From the NCBI GenBank assembly GCA_021787565.1, contig JAJYLT010000016.1, positions 9,156 to 73,155 on the forward strand: 64,000 bases of DNA, written 5' to 3'. The notes below the pieces were generated by a model, which saw only the letters and a list, made by a program, of their open reading frames with translations, was not told the origin of the DNA and searched no databases. The stretch comes from Acidobacteriota bacterium (GTDB lineage: Bacteria > Acidobacteriota > UBA4820 > DSQY01). The stretch's first letter is position 1; each line of letters opens with the position of its first letter. A program made the translations under genes and the position numbers. Below, piece by piece: positions 8,185-18,776 of this stretch.

Positions 8185-10329
8185 TCAGGAACCGACGCCG
8201 TTTGCGTGAAGGCCGAGGGCGGCGACGTAGAACTGCTCCACGTATTTCCGGACCATGCGGCGGGTGCCGTAGAGAGGGGCAACGGTCCTGATGGACTCCT
8301 TCATGCGGCGCACCCACCCTTTCGGGATACCGCCGTTGTAGGCATAGTACAGGGGCACGACCTGTTCCTCCAGAAGCCGGAAGAGCGCCTCGGCGTCGGC
8401 GGAGAAGCGGTCCCCCTCGCCGGAGAACTCCTCGCCGAAGGCCCACCCGTTCTTTCCGTTGAAGCCCTCGATCCACCATCCATCCAGGATGGAGCAGTTG
8501 AGCGTGCCGTTCATGCCGGCCTTCATGCCGCTGGTGCCGCTGGCCTCCAGGGGCGGGACGGGGTTGTTGAGCCAGACGTCCACCCCCCGCACCAGGTAGG
8601 AGGCGAGGGCCTGGTCGTAGTCCTCCACGAAGGCCAGGCGCCCCGCGAATTCGGGATCCTGGCAGAGGCGGAAGATCTCCTGGACGAGGCGCTTGCCCTC
8701 CGTGTCGGCGGGGTGGGCCTTGCCGGCGAAGATGATCTGCACCGGCCGGAGCGGATCGGTGACGAGGCGCTTGAGCCGGTTCCGGTCCCTCAGCAGAAGG
8801 TCGGGCCGCTTGTAGGCGGTGAAGCGCCGGGCGAATCCCAGGGTCAGGACCTTGGCGTCGAGCAGGGCCCCGCCGGCGATGACGTTCTGCGCCGAGACCT
8901 GCCTCCGCTCCCAGCGGGGGCGGGCCCGCTTGTGGAGGTGGTCGATGAGCCGGACCTTCAGCTCCTGGTGGAGGCGCCACAGCTCCTCGTCGGGTATCTC
9001 CTCGACCTTGTCCCAGAGGCCGGGGTCGTCCTGCCGGTCCCTCCAGTCGGGCCCCAGCACGCGGTCAAAGAGGGGCTGGAGTCGGTGCGGGTCGATCCAG
9101 GTGGGCAGGTGCACACCGTTCGTCACGGAGGCGATGGGAACTTCCTCCCGTGCGAGCTCCGGCCAGAGGGGGGCCCAGATCTCGCGGGCCACCTCCCCGT
9201 GCCGCCGGCTCACGCCGTTGGCGAAGCGGCTCATCCGCAGGGCGAAGGCGGTCGTGTTGAAGCCCGCCTCGGGCCGCTGGGGATGCGCTCCGAGCCCCAG
9301 AAACTTCGTGTGATCGAGCCCCAGGTCCTCGCAGCAGTGGGCAAAGTACTTCTCCATCATGGCGAAGGGGAAGACGTCGGTGCCCGCCGAGACGGGTGTG
9401 TGGGTCGTGAAGACCGTGGTCCGCCGGACCTCCTCCAGCGCCTCCGTGAACCCCATCCCCTGCTCCATCAGCGGCCGGACGCGCTGGAGCAGCGCCAGCG
9501 CCGGATGGCCCTCGTTGATGTGGACGGCGCCCGGACTCAAACCCAGGGCCTCCAGGACCCGCATGCCGCCCATCCCGAGCACGATCTCCTGCCTCAACCG
9601 CTGTTCCGGCTGTATGGCATAGAGGTGGTGAGCTATGGCGCGGTCCCAGGGCTGGTTCGTCTCCAGGTCGGTGTCCATGAGGTAGAAGGGGACGCGGCCC
9701 ACCTCCACCTTCCAGACCGCCACGTGGAGGGGCGGATCGAAGAGCGGCACCTGCACCCTCAGGGGGCGCCCCTCGCCGTCCAGCACGCGCCGGACGGGGT
9801 CATAGGTGCGGTCCAGCGTCTCGCGCAGGTCCTCGGGCGAGCCGTCCTCGCGGATGCGCTGGGTGACGTAGCCCCGCGAGTAGAGCAGGCCCACGGCCAC
9901 CACGGGGATGGCCATGTCGCTGCACTCCTTGAGGTAGTCCCCCGCCAGGATGCCCAGCCCGCCGGCGTACATGGGGAGAGATACGTGCAGCCCATACTCG
10001 GCCGAGAAGTAGGCCAGGGGCGCCCGGGGCGAGCCGTAGCGGCGGGTGAACCAGCCCTCGCGCCCGGCCGTCTCCGCCTCGAATCGGGCCATGACCGCGT
10101 CGTACCGCCGCAGGAAGGCCGCCTCCTCCGAGGCCTCCCTCAACCGCTCGCCGGGCAGGATGGCCAGCATGCGGATGGGGTTATGGCCGCTCTCGCGCCA
10201 GACGGCCAGGTCCAGGGCCCAAAAGAGGGCCCGGGCATCGGGGTTCCAGCTCCACCAGAGGTTGTAGGCCAGCTTCTCGAGGCCTCCGATGCGCTGCGGG
10301 ATGTCGGGAAATCGGGGGGTCCGGTCCAT
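8185..10329 (-). CDS. glgP: Alpha-glucan (glycogen) phosphorylase, GT35 family.
   Basis: EASGTSGMKAGMNGTLNCSILDGWW PLP-binding motif; alpha-glucan-family phosphorylase along its whole length. Start at MDRTPRF with GGAGG 6 nt upstream. Confidence 0.9.
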   Translation of the reverse strand: MDRTPRFPDIPQRIGGLEKLAYNLWWSWNPDARALFWALDLAVWRESGHNPIRMLAILPGERLREASEEAAFLRRYDAVMARFEAETAGREGWFTRRYGSPRAPLAYFSAEYGLHVSLPMYAGGLGILAGDYLKECSDMAIPVVAVGLLYSRGYVTQRIREDGSPEDLRETLDRTYDPVRRVLDGEGRPLRVQVPLFDPPLHVAVWKVEVGRVPFYLMDTDLETNQPWDRAIAHHLYAIQPEQRLRQEIVLGMGGMRVLEALGLSPGAVHINEGHPALALLQRVRPLMEQGMGFTEALEEVRRTTVFTTHTPVSAGTDVFPFAMMEKYFAHCCEDLGLDHTKFLGLGAHPQRPEAGFNTTAFALRMSRFANGVSRRHGEVAREIWAPLWPELAREEVPIASVTNGVHLPTWIDPHRLQPLFDRVLGPDWRDRQDDPGLWDKVEEIPDEELWRLHQELKVRLIDHLHKRARPRWERRQVSAQNVIAGGALLDAKVLTLGFARRFTAYKRPDLLLRDRNRLKRLVTDPLRPVQIIFAGKAHPADTEGKRLVQEIFRLCQDPEFAGRLAFVEDYDQALASYLVRGVDVWLNNPVPPLEASGTSGMKAGMNGTLNCSILDGWWIEGFNGKNGWAFGEEFSGEGDRFSADAEALFRLLEEQVVPLYYAYNGGIPKGWVRRMKESIRTVAPLYGTRRMVRKYVEQFYVAALGLHANGVGS

Positions 10330-10828
10330 CGGTCCTCCAGGTGGCGGTCGCCGAGGGGCACCCCGCAAGAGCGGGCGCTGCCGGCGGAGCGGCTACTGTA
10401 CCAGCTTGGGCCTCCCGGGTGAAGACCGGGGGGAGTAAGTGCGGGCCGCCGGGTCCTGCCGAAGGAGTAGCGAGGGGTTCATGCCTGTCCAAAACATGCC
10501 GCCCTGGCGGCTCCGACCCACCACGGGTGCGCCGGCGGCGACGGACCTCCTGCTTCGTCAGCCTTCGGCGTCCGCATCCTCAGCGTACAGGGAGTACGCT
10601 TGCGGTGCTGCCACCTCGGCTTCCTCCCATGAGGCCCATCGGCGCCGGGCCGCGCCTTCCTCCGCTTCGCTGCGGAAGGCAAACCCTCAAGTGCGTGCTG
10701 AAATAATCTTGGACAGCCATGAGGGGGGTTATACTGTCTCTCGCCTGCAGATTTTTGCGTCTTACGTCTCGCGCTTCGCGTCTTGCGTTTTTCGCCGCCC
10801 GCACCGCGCCTCTCATCCAGACCCTGCT

Positions 10829-13096
10829 TCACTCTCGGACCTCGGCCTGCCCTTCGCTCCCCACTTCCTGGCCCTGGGTCTCGGCCCTCTCCATCGTGCT
10901 TTCCGCTCTCTCGTCCAGCAGCATGCGGAGCAGGGCGCGGGCCTCCGCCGGCCCGCTGACGCGGTAGGCGGCCTTGCTGGGCCGGGACCCCACGTGCACG
11001 GTGATGCTCCCCGGCGGCAGCACGGCGAAGAGCTCTTCGTCGGTCCGGTGGTCACCCATGGCGAGGACCCCCATTCCATCGGCCGGCTCCAGGCCGATCC
11101 GCTCGGCGATGACCCCCTTGTGGGTCCCCGCCATGCGGACTTCCAGCACCTTGTTGCCGGGCACCAGATCCACGCCCAGCTCCTTGAGGTCGCGCAGGAG
11201 GCGGCGCGTGAGTTCCGCGGCCTGCCGCTCTCCGAACTCGGGGTCGGCCATGCCGTAATGCCAGGCCATGGCCGCCGTCTTCTCCTCCAGGAAGGACCCG
11301 GGCGTCGTCCTAAGGGCCTCGTTCAGGATGGATCCGACCTTCTCCTTCCAGCCGGGCGCCTCCGCGTGGAGGGGAAGCCACCATCCACCGGGGTAGAACC
11401 GCGACCAGAAGCCGTGCTCCGCGTGGAGGGTGATGGGAAGGGAGCCGAACCAGCGCTGGATCACTTCGGGCGGGCGGCCGCTGATGAGGTGGACCACCGT
11501 ACGAGGATGGACCGCCAGGGCCTTCAGCAGATCCAGGAGCTCCGCGTCGGGGGCGGCCAACTGCGGCGAGGTGGCGTAGGGCACGAGGGTGCCGTCGTAG
11601 TCGAGCAATAACACGCGCCCCCACGCCCCCCGGAGCTGCTCGGCCACGCGGGCCAGGGTCTGGGGGGAGCTGACCCGGCCGGCTCGGGTCGCGGTTCGCG
11701 GGCGGGCCGCATCGAGGGCCGCCAGAAAACTCTCCGCCCAGCGGTAGGAGTCGTAGGTGGCCACCCGCCGCCTGAGGGCCTGCATGCGCGCGCGGCGTTC
11801 CTCCTCGGACATGGACAGCGCCGCCAGGATGGCGGTGGCCGTGGCCTCCGTGTCGTAGGGGTTCACCTGCAGCGCCTCGGCCAGCTCGGAGGCGGCGCCG
11901 GCGAACTCGCTCAGCACGAGCACTCCCGAGTCATCCGTCCGCGTGGCCACGAACTCCTTCGCCACCAGGTTCATTCCATCTCTCAGGGGGGTCACGAGCA
12001 TGACATCCGCCGCCCGGTAGAAGGCCACGAGCTGCTCCTGGGAGATGGAGTGGTAGAGGTAGTGGATGAGCACCGACTGGATCGTGGCGTGGCGGGAGTT
12101 GACGCGACCCACGAGCCCATCCAGCTCCTGCCGGTAGTTCCTGTAGGACTCCACCTTGGTCCGCGAGGGAACGACCACCTGCACGAAGCGGATCTTTCCG
12201 CGGAGCGAGGGCTCCCGCTCGATGAGCCGGTCCACGGCCATGATCCGGTGGGGCAGCCCCTTCGTGTAGTCCAGCCGGTCGATGCCGAGGAGGAGCTTGC
12301 GTCCCCCGAGATCCTCGCGAATGGAGGCCACCTCATCTCGGACCGGCCCCGACTCGGCCATTCTCTCGAAGTGCTGGGCGTCGATGCCCATGGGGAAGAC
12401 GCCGAAGCGAATCTCCCGATTCGAGTACTGAAGCCTGTTCCCCGTGACTTCCCGCCGCAGGATCAGGTTTATCGTTCGGCTGAAGTGGCGCAGGTAGGAG
12501 TAGGTGTGGAAGCCCACGAGGTCGGCCCCGAGGATTCCCTCCAGGATTTCCGTTCGCCAGGGCAGGACCCGGAAGACGTCGGAGGAGGGAAAGGGGATGT
12601 GCAGGAAGAAACCGATGCGGGCCTCGGGCAGGATCTGCCGCAAGAGTACCGGAACGAGGGCCAATTGATAATCGTGCACCCAGATCGCGTCGCCGCGGCG
12701 GTAGTGGGCCGCCACCGCCTCGGCGAAGCGCTGGTTGGCCTCCGTGTACGCGAGCCAGTTCTCGCCCGCGTCCGGCTGGACCTTGTCGATCAGGTAGTGA
12801 AAGAGGGGCCAGAGCACGCCGTTGGCGAATCCCTCGTAATAGCGGCGAACCTCGGCCTGGGTCAGGTAGACGGGCGCCGTGCCCACCGCCGCGAGGCGCT
12901 CTTCGAGAACGGCCCGCTCCTCCTTGCTCAGCCGGGGCAGGTCGCCCGGCCAGCCGATCCAGAGGGCCCCGGAGCGCTCGTGGGGCCCCTTGAGGCCCGT
13001 GGCCAGGCCTCCCACCGAGGGGCCGACGATGAAATCCCCCTCCTCGCGGGTGACGGTCACGGGGAGGCGGTTGGATACGATCAGCAATCGGCTCAT
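10829..13096 (-). CDS. otsA: Bifunctional trehalose-6-phosphate synthase (GT20, OtsA) / trehalose-6-phosphate phosphatase (OtsB) fusion.
   Basis: 755 aa. N-terminus [13 protein letters not shown] with GT20 motifs. C-terminal HAD/TPP domain shows [21 protein letters not shown] upstream. Confidence 0.85.
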   Translation of the reverse strand: MSRLLIVSNRLPVTVTREEGDFIVGPSVGGLATGLKGPHERSGALWIGWPGDLPRLSKEERAVLEERLAAVGTAPVYLTQAEVRRYYEGFANGVLWPLFHYLIDKVQPDAGENWLAYTEANQRFAEAVAAHYRRGDAIWVHDYQLALVPVLLRQILPEARIGFFLHIPFPSSDVFRVLPWRTEILEGILGADLVGFHTYSYLRHFSRTINLILRREVTGNRLQYSNREIRFGVFPMGIDAQHFERMAESGPVRDEVASIREDLGGRKLLLGIDRLDYTKGLPHRIMAVDRLIEREPSLRGKIRFVQVVVPSRTKVESYRNYRQELDGLVGRVNSRHATIQSVLIHYLYHSISQEQLVAFYRAADVMLVTPLRDGMNLVAKEFVATRTDDSGVLVLSEFAGAASELAEALQVNPYDTEATATAILAALSMSEEERRARMQALRRRVATYDSYRWAESFLAALDAARPRTATRAGRVSSPQTLARVAEQLRGAWGRVLLLDYDGTLVPYATSPQLAAPDAELLDLLKALAVHPRTVVHLISGRPPEVIQRWFGSLPITLHAEHGFWSRFYPGGWWLPLHAEAPGWKEKVGSILNEALRTTPGSFLEEKTAAMAWHYGMADPEFGERQAAELTRRLLRDLKELGVDLVPGNKVLEVRMAGTHKGVIAERIGLEPADGMGVLAMGDHRTDEELFAVLPPGSITVHVGSRPSKAAYRVSGPAEARALLRMLLDERAESTMERAETQGQEVGSEGQAEVRE

Positions 13097-13496
13097 GTCA
13101 GCACCTTAGAGCAACGGCCCGCTGCCCCTGAGCTGGGGCTCTTCGGAAGTGGATGCCGGGGAGTTCGGGCCGGTCGCGCACCCTCTCCCATGAGGCTGCC
13201 GCCTATCACAGTTACCATAGGTCCCAAGGAAGCCGTCCGCAAGCCGGCCCGCTGGGGCCCCTCACGGGCCGCGCCGCCGGAAGCGGACGATCCCCCAGAG
13301 CCCCCGGAGGACCCCCATCAGGAAGTAAGACCCCGAGCAGGACGGCCCGAGGAGGGGGTGGGCCAGGGTCCACGCGGGATCGGTCTGGGCCTTCAGTACG
13401 GCGGCGATGACGACCCCGCAGAAGCAGCAGGAGAGGAGGGCGGCTGATCACGGTGACGGGGTGCCCCCTCCGATCCTCCCGCGCACGCCTGCCTCC

Positions 13497-15011
13497 TCAG
13501 CGGTCCCTCCGCCTGCGGGGGGGCCTGTTGCTCGAAGGCCTCCGATCCGGAGCGGCGCTCGGCTGGGCGGCGGGACGAGCCTCCACGGGCGCCTCGGGGG
13601 CAACGTTGAGGGTGCGCTGGTAGTAGTCGTCCAGGAGCATGGCCACCACGGCCGCCTCGTCCTCCTCCTGCCCGAGGCTGCGGGCCAGTGCGGTGAAGCG
13701 GTTCATGCGTTCGAGCTGGAGGCCGTCGCGGGAGCGCAGGTCGGCCTCGAGCTTGGCCGTGACGCGCTGGCCCACCAGCGTCCCCACCTCCTCGTCGGTG
13801 GGCAGCGTCCGCTCCTGGAGCGGGATACCGTACTGCTCGCCCACCTGCCGCAGCTTGATCTCCTCCATGCCCGCAACCAACGTGATGGACTGTCCGGTGG
13901 CACCCGCGCGGCCCGTGCGGCCGGCCCTGTGGATGTAGGATTCGGGGTCCTCGCCGGGCTCGTACTGGATCACGTGGGAGAGCTCGGGGATGTCGATGCC
14001 CCGGGCCGCCACGTCCGTGGCCACCAGAAACCGCAGGTCGCCCTTCCGGAGCTTGGCCATCACCTTCTCGCGCGCCGCCTGCGAGAGATCGGCGCTCAGC
14101 TCGTCCGCGTCGTACCCGAAGCGCTGGAGGACCACGGAGACGTAGTGCACGTTCGCCTTGGTGTTGCAGAAGATGATGGCCGAGAGCGGGTTCTCCACCT
14201 CGATGATCTTGACGAGGCTCCGGTCCTTCTTCATGGGGGGCACGATGTAGAAGATGTGCTCCGTCTCCGCCACGTGGACGCGGTCGCGGCTCAGGCTGAG
14301 AAACTCGGGCTCCTTCAGGAACTCGCCCGCCAGGCGGAGCACGAAGGCCGGGTAGGTGGCGGAGAACATGTAGCCGTTGATGCGATGCTCCGGCACGAAT
14401 TTCTGCAACCTCCGCATGTCGGGATAGAAACCCATGGAGAGCATCCGGTCGGCTTCATCGAAGACGAGGATCCGAAGGTCCTTCAGCGAGAGGGTCCGCT
14501 TGAGGAGGTGGTCCAGGATCCGGCCCGGGGTCCCCACCACGAGGTGTGCCCCCTTCTTGAAGCCCTCGATCTGGGGCCCGTAGGCGGCTCCGCCGTAGAC
14601 CACGACGGAGCGCATCCCCGCCGAGCCGCAGAGGAGCTCGGCCTCGCGGGAGACCTGGAGGGCCAGCTCGCGGGTGGGCACGAGCACCAGCGCCTGGCAG
14701 GAGGCTCGGTCGAGGTCGATGCGGTCCAGGATGGGCAGGAGGTAGGCTCCCGTCTTCCCGCTTCCCGTGCGGGACTGGACCATGAGGTCCCGCTTGGCCA
14801 GGAAATAGGGGATCCCCTTGGCCTGAACGGGCATGAGGGAGGTCCACCCGGCACGGATGGCCGCCTCCCGAATTCTCGGGGAGAGTTGCTCCAAACTCGC
14901 TTCCGGTAGGGCGTCCGCCGGTTCCACTACATCCTCGGCGGGTCCGCCCGTTTTCACTTCCTGGTCCGTGGCGCCGGCTGCGGGCCAGGGACGATTCGGT
15001 TCCTCGTTCAT
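13497..15011 (-). CDS. DEAD-box ATP-dependent RNA helicase (RhlE/DeaD-like) with an Arg-rich C-terminal tail.
   Basis: Q-motif, AQSRTGSGKT (motif I), VFDEADRML (DEAD), SAT and HRAGRTGRAG motifs. Start taken at MNEEP (GGAGAA 6 nt upstream); the alternative ATG at 15035 is also possible. Confidence 0.85.
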   Translation of the reverse strand: MNEEPNRPWPAAGATDQEVKTGGPAEDVVEPADALPEASLEQLSPRIREAAIRAGWTSLMPVQAKGIPYFLAKRDLMVQSRTGSGKTGAYLLPILDRIDLDRASCQALVLVPTRELALQVSREAELLCGSAGMRSVVVYGGAAYGPQIEGFKKGAHLVVGTPGRILDHLLKRTLSLKDLRILVFDEADRMLSMGFYPDMRRLQKFVPEHRINGYMFSATYPAFVLRLAGEFLKEPEFLSLSRDRVHVAETEHIFYIVPPMKKDRSLVKIIEVENPLSAIIFCNTKANVHYVSVVLQRFGYDADELSADLSQAAREKVMAKLRKGDLRFLVATDVAARGIDIPELSHVIQYEPGEDPESYIHRAGRTGRAGATGQSITLVAGMEEIKLRQVGEQYGIPLQERTLPTDEEVGTLVGQRVTAKLEADLRSRDGLQLERMNRFTALARSLGQEEDEAAVVAMLLDDYYQRTLNVAPEAPVEARPAAQPSAAPDRRPSSNRPPRRRRDR

Positions 15012-15121
15012 CCAATTTCTCCGGTTGCACTCCATCGCTGGCGCGCGGGAAACACCGGCTGCCCGCCACGGGCGCCCGGCCTGACGGCCATTATACACCG
15101 ACCGCCGGCCCGGCGGCGCCG

Positions 15122-15274
15122 TGGCGGCCGGACCCCGATTCCGCGATAGCGGCTCAACGCCTGCGTAGGAGCGGCGCCTCGCCGCGAACCGGGTGACCCT
15201 GCGACCAGGACGCGGTGCCCGCGCACGGTCCGTCGCGCCGGGGGCGGCGCTCCTACGAGTGCAATTCCATCGCG
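15122..15274 (-). repeat. MITE-like repeat copy 2 (opposite orientation to copy 1).
   Basis: CCCCGATTCCGCGATAGCGGCTCAACGCCTGCGTAGGAGCGGCGCC ... CGCTCCTACGAGTGCAATTCCATCGCGGAATTTGGG, the reverse complement of copy 1. Confidence 0.8.
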
Positions 15275-15306
15275 GAATTTGGGCCGGAGGGCGCTTCGGT
15301 GCCGCC

Positions 15307-15729
15307 TCAGTCCGGGTCCGGTCGCTCTCCCCGGCGCCGTTTCAGTTCGCCCCTCCGGTGCTTGCCGGAGAGCCGGCGCTCCCTGGAGGCCGTCGTCGGA
15401 GCCGTGGGCCTCCTGGCCTTGGGCGCCCGCGCGGCCGCGCGCAGCAGGGTCAGGAGCCGCTCCAGGGCGTCCTCGCGGTTGCGCTCGCGCGCCCTGAAGC
15501 GCCTGGCCTCGATGATCACCACCCCCTCCGAGGTGGCCCGCTTCCCCGCCAGGCGCAGCAGCCGGGCCCGCACCTCCTCGGGAAGCGAGGGAGACCGCGC
15601 GGCGTCGAATCGGAGCTGGACCGCCGTGGCCACCTTGTTCACGTTCTGCCCGCCGGGTCCGGGAGACCGGACGAAGGCCTCCTCCAGCTCCTCCTCCCGG
15701 ATGGACAGCCACTCGTTCACCTCGATCAC
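15307..15729 (-). CDS. arfB: Alternative ribosome-rescue factor ArfB (YaeJ), a GGQ peptidyl-tRNA hydrolase.
   Basis: 140 aa from GTG (AGGAGG 5 nt upstream): VIEVNEWLSIREEELEEAFVRSPGPGGQNVNKVATAVQLRFD plus a basic tail. The longer 411-aa ORF upstream runs through MITE copy 2 and is spurious. Confidence 0.8.
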   Translation of the reverse strand: MIEVNEWLSIREEELEEAFVRSPGPGGQNVNKVATAVQLRFDAARSPSLPEEVRARLLRLAGKRATSEGVVIIEARRFRARERNREDALERLLTLLRAAARAPKARRPTAPTTASRERRLSGKHRRGELKRRRGERPDPD

Positions 15730-16008
15730 CCGCACCTCCTTTCGGGGCGGACCAAGCCCCCTCGGGCCCTCCCCCACCCGGCCCATACCGGCGTAAGTCC
15801 TGCCCCGCGGCGGTCTCGGCCCTCCCCCGTAGCATCCCGTCGCGAATGAGGCTATAAGTTTAAGTGTGCCGCACCGGAGAGGCGCGCGCCAGGGGTCGGC
15901 CCCGGATGGTCCCGGGGGCCTCGATGGCGAGGGTTTTCCGCGCCGGCCGGGGTGGCCGCCTGGAACCGCGGAGTTCCGGCGGGAGAGGAACGGGGAGAGG
16001 GAGCTTCG

Positions 16009-17589
16009 ATGGCCCGTCAGGGTGCCCCTCATCAGGTATCCGCTTCCGATTTTGACGCCTTCCTGTTCGACTTGGACGGAGTGGTGACGCGTACCTCCAA
16101 GGTCCACGCGGCGGCCTGGAAGGAGCTCTTCGACGACTACCTTCGCCGGCGAGCCGTTCGGCTGGATGAGACCTTCCGTCCCTTCGATCCGTGCGCGGAC
16201 TACAACCGCTACCTGGACGGGAAGACCCGCTACGAGGGGGTGGAGAGCTTCCTCGCCTCCCGGTCCATCGAGCTGCCCCCGGGGACGCCTCAGGACGGCC
16301 CGGACGCGGAGACCGTCTGCGGCCTGGGCAACCGCAAGAGCGAGATCTACCTGGAGCTCCTCCGCCGCCACGGCGTGGAGAGCATCGCCTCGGCCCTCGC
16401 CTTCATTCAGTGCCTTCGCGTCCTCGGCGTCAGGACCGGCGTCGTCTCCTCCAGCCGCAACGGGCGGAGCGTTCTTGGGCGAGCGGGCCTGAGTCACCTC
16501 TTCGATGCGGTGGTGGACGGCAACGACGTCGAGGGCCTGCATCTTGCCGGAATGCCCGATCCCGCCATCTTCCTGGAGGCGGTCCGGCGCCTGGGCGCCT
16601 CTCCGGCCCGCACGGCCGTGGTGGAGGACGCCCTGACGGGGGTCCAGGCCGGGCGAAAGGCGGGGTTCGGCCTCGTCATCGGCGTGGACCGGTCGGGACA
16701 GACGAGGGCCCTGGAGCTGGGGGGGGCGGACATCGTGGTTTCAGATCTCGCCCAGGTGCGCCTGGCGGAGAGCCCGGAGATCGGGGGTCACCTGACCTCC
16801 CACCTGCCCTCCGCCCTCGAACGGATCGAAGAGATCTCGGCCGCCGCCCGGGGCAAGCGCCTCGCGGTCTTTCTGGACTACGACGGAACCCTCACTCCCA
16901 TCGTGGCGAGCCCGGAGCTGGCCGTCCTTTCCGACGAGATGAGGAGCGCGCTCGAAGAGCTGGCCCGGCGGTGCACGGTGGCGGTCGTCAGCGGGCGGGA
17001 CCTGCGCGACGTCCAGCGGATGGTCGGCCTGGACGGACTCCTCTACGCCGGGAGCCACGGCTTCGAGATCCAGGGGCACGAGGGGCGCCGCATCGAATAC
17101 GAGCAGGACGCGGCCTTTCTGCCGCTGGTGGACGAGGCGGAGCGGCTCCTCAGGGAGCGCCTGGGAGGCTTGCCCGGCGCCCTCGTCGAGCGCAAGCGAT
17201 TCTCCGTGGCGGCCCACTACCGCAACGTGGCCGAAGGCCACCGGCCGGCGGTCGCCCGGGCTGTCGAGGAGGTGCTCTGCGCCCTCCCGGGGCTCCGCAG
17301 GGGCGACGGGAAGATGGTTTACGACCTCCAGCCCCGCGTGGACTGGAACAAGGGCAAGGCCCTGCTCTGGATGCTGGAGCAGCTGGGGCTGCGCGGCGCA
17401 GGCGTCCTGCCCGTCTACGTGGGGGACGACCTCACCGACGAAGACGCCTTTCGCGCCATCGAGGGCCTCGGCCTGGGCGTCGTGGTCCGCGACCTCAAGG
17501 ATGAGAGGCCCACCGCGGCGCGCTACGCGCTCGCGGACACGGCCGAGGTCCTGGCCTTCCTGAAGGCGCTCTCCGGCCTGCATTCCTGA
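16009..17589 (+). CDS. Two-domain HAD protein: an N-terminal beta-phosphoglucomutase-like HAD-IA domain fused to a C-terminal trehalose-6-phosphate phosphatase (OtsB/TPP) domain.
   Basis: FDLDGVVTRTSKVHAAAW (HAD motif I, beta-PGM-like cap). Second domain has VFLDYDGTLTPIV, PVYVGDDLTDEDAF and KGKAL (TPP motifs). Start at MARQGAP with GGAGAGGGAG RBS. Confidence 0.8.
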   Translation: MARQGAPHQVSASDFDAFLFDLDGVVTRTSKVHAAAWKELFDDYLRRRAVRLDETFRPFDPCADYNRYLDGKTRYEGVESFLASRSIELPPGTPQDGPDAETVCGLGNRKSEIYLELLRRHGVESIASALAFIQCLRVLGVRTGVVSSSRNGRSVLGRAGLSHLFDAVVDGNDVEGLHLAGMPDPAIFLEAVRRLGASPARTAVVEDALTGVQAGRKAGFGLVIGVDRSGQTRALELGGADIVVSDLAQVRLAESPEIGGHLTSHLPSALERIEEISAAARGKRLAVFLDYDGTLTPIVASPELAVLSDEMRSALEELARRCTVAVVSGRDLRDVQRMVGLDGLLYAGSHGFEIQGHEGRRIEYEQDAAFLPLVDEAERLLRERLGGLPGALVERKRFSVAAHYRNVAEGHRPAVARAVEEVLCALPGLRRGDGKMVYDLQPRVDWNKGKALLWMLEQLGLRGAGVLPVYVGDDLTDEDAFRAIEGLGLGVVVRDLKDERPTAARYALADTAEVLAFLKALSGLHS

Positions 17590-17605
17590 GGGAGCCCGGG
17601 CCTCG

Positions 17606-18733
17606 TCACACCACCCGCCTGAGAACAACCAAGGACAGGTCGTCGAAGGGATGGCCGTCCCCCGAGAAGGCCGCCTCCTCCTGGAGCATGCGTCGGCCCG
17701 CCTCCTCGGCGGTGAGGCCCGCGAGAGCCGGCAAGAGGGCCGTCAGGCGCTCCTCCCCGAAGAACTCGCCCCGCGGGCTCCGGGCCTCGGTGAGCCCGTC
17801 CGAATAGGCCACCAGCAGGTCGCCCTGGGCCAGCTCCATGCGCTGCTCCACGAATTCGGCATCGGCGAGGATGCCGAGGGGCTTGGCCACGGGCGGAAGG
17901 GTGTGGACCTGGCCCTCGTGAAGCACCAGCGGCGGCATGTGGCCCGCGTTCAGAAGCCTCACCGCACCGTCCCCGGGAACCACCCGCAGGTAAAGCAGGG
18001 TGGCGAACTTGCCGGGGACGCCGTCCCGGCAGAGGATCTGGTTGACGCGCCGGCCCAGCTCGGCGAGGCCTGCGCACTCGGGGGCCAGGGCGCGCAGGGT
18101 GGACTGGAGCTTGGCCATGAGGAGGGCGGCCGGGAGCCCCTTGCCCGAGACGTCCCCGAGGGTGAGCCCCAGTCCGTCGGCGGAGAGCGAGAGATAGTCC
18201 ACGAGGTCGCCGCCTACGTCATTCGCGGGCCGGGTGAAGAGCCACGTCTCCCAGCCCGCCAGCACGGGGTTGTCCCGGGGGAGGAGGGCGAGCTGCACGG
18301 CGCGCCCGGCCTCCAGTTCGTCCCGCGCCAGGAGCTTGTCCTTGAGCTCGAGCATGAGGATCACCAGGACGATCGCGAAGCTGAAGATCGACATGCTGAG
18401 GGTGAGGTTCACGCGGCCGGTGTCGATCGAGACGTCGTTGAAAAAGAGGAGCAGGAAGGCCCCCAGGAGCAGGAGCCTCCGGGCCGGGGGCAGCCTCAGG
18501 ATGAGGCTCCTCACGAGCCAGCCGGCGACCTTGATCCAGCGCCGGAGGCGGCCCATGTTCTTCAGCCGCTCGCGCGAGGCCTCATCCAGGTAGAAATCGT
18601 AGAGCTCCTCCATGTCCCGCCTGAGGGTCCGGCTCAGACCGCCCTTTTGCAGGTCTGTGAAGACGGCCCGGCCCAGGTTCTTGACGGTGGGGGCGCCGTT
18701 CCCCTTTGCTTCAGATCCGGTTCTCACCGACAT
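17606..18733 (-). CDS. PP2C-family (SpoIIE/RsbU-type) serine phosphatase with an N-terminal membrane segment.
   Basis: Hydrophobic stretch LLLLGAFLLLFF ... IVLVILML, then PP2C motifs GGDLVDY, GDVSGKG, LLYLRV and LVAYSDGLTE. Confidence 0.8.
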   Translation of the reverse strand: MSVRTGSEAKGNGAPTVKNLGRAVFTDLQKGGLSRTLRRDMEELYDFYLDEASRERLKNMGRLRRWIKVAGWLVRSLILRLPPARRLLLLGAFLLLFFNDVSIDTGRVNLTLSMSIFSFAIVLVILMLELKDKLLARDELEAGRAVQLALLPRDNPVLAGWETWLFTRPANDVGGDLVDYLSLSADGLGLTLGDVSGKGLPAALLMAKLQSTLRALAPECAGLAELGRRVNQILCRDGVPGKFATLLYLRVVPGDGAVRLLNAGHMPPLVLHEGQVHTLPPVAKPLGILADAEFVEQRMELAQGDLLVAYSDGLTEARSPRGEFFGEERLTALLPALAGLTAEEAGRRMLQEEAAFSGDGHPFDDLSLVVLRRVV

Positions 18734-18776
18734 GCGAGTCCTTCGAAAGAGGGGAGCGTGCCGGAGAGGGCCGGCC

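Noticed and set aside
5191-10422. 1743-aa ORF on the + strand, the longest ORF in the window.
   Set aside because: It runs antisense through three well-supported minus-strand genes (patatin/Omp85, pepC, glgP). Its translation is Gly/Ala/Val/Arg/Pro/Glu low-complexity with no recognisable domain. It is a typical high-GC antisense artefact.
10369-10828. Repetitive GCGTCTTACGTCTCGCGCTTCGCGTCTTGCGTTTTTCGCC tract between otsA and glgP, seen as a possible terminator or attenuator.
   Set aside because: Only trivial 3-bp stems form, and there is no proper hairpin plus U-tract in the orientation of either gene. It is probably just an AT-richer promoter region for glgP.
13097-13496. Small ORFs (13153..13410 +, 13212..13451 -) in the otsA-helicase intergenic gap.
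   Set aside because: Neither frame has a start with an RBS. The translations are Pro/Arg/Gly filler.
15307-16542. 411-aa ORF upstream-extended version of arfB.
   Set aside because: Only the last 140 codons look like ArfB and have an RBS. The extension crosses MITE copy 2 and runs antisense into the HAD-TPP gene.
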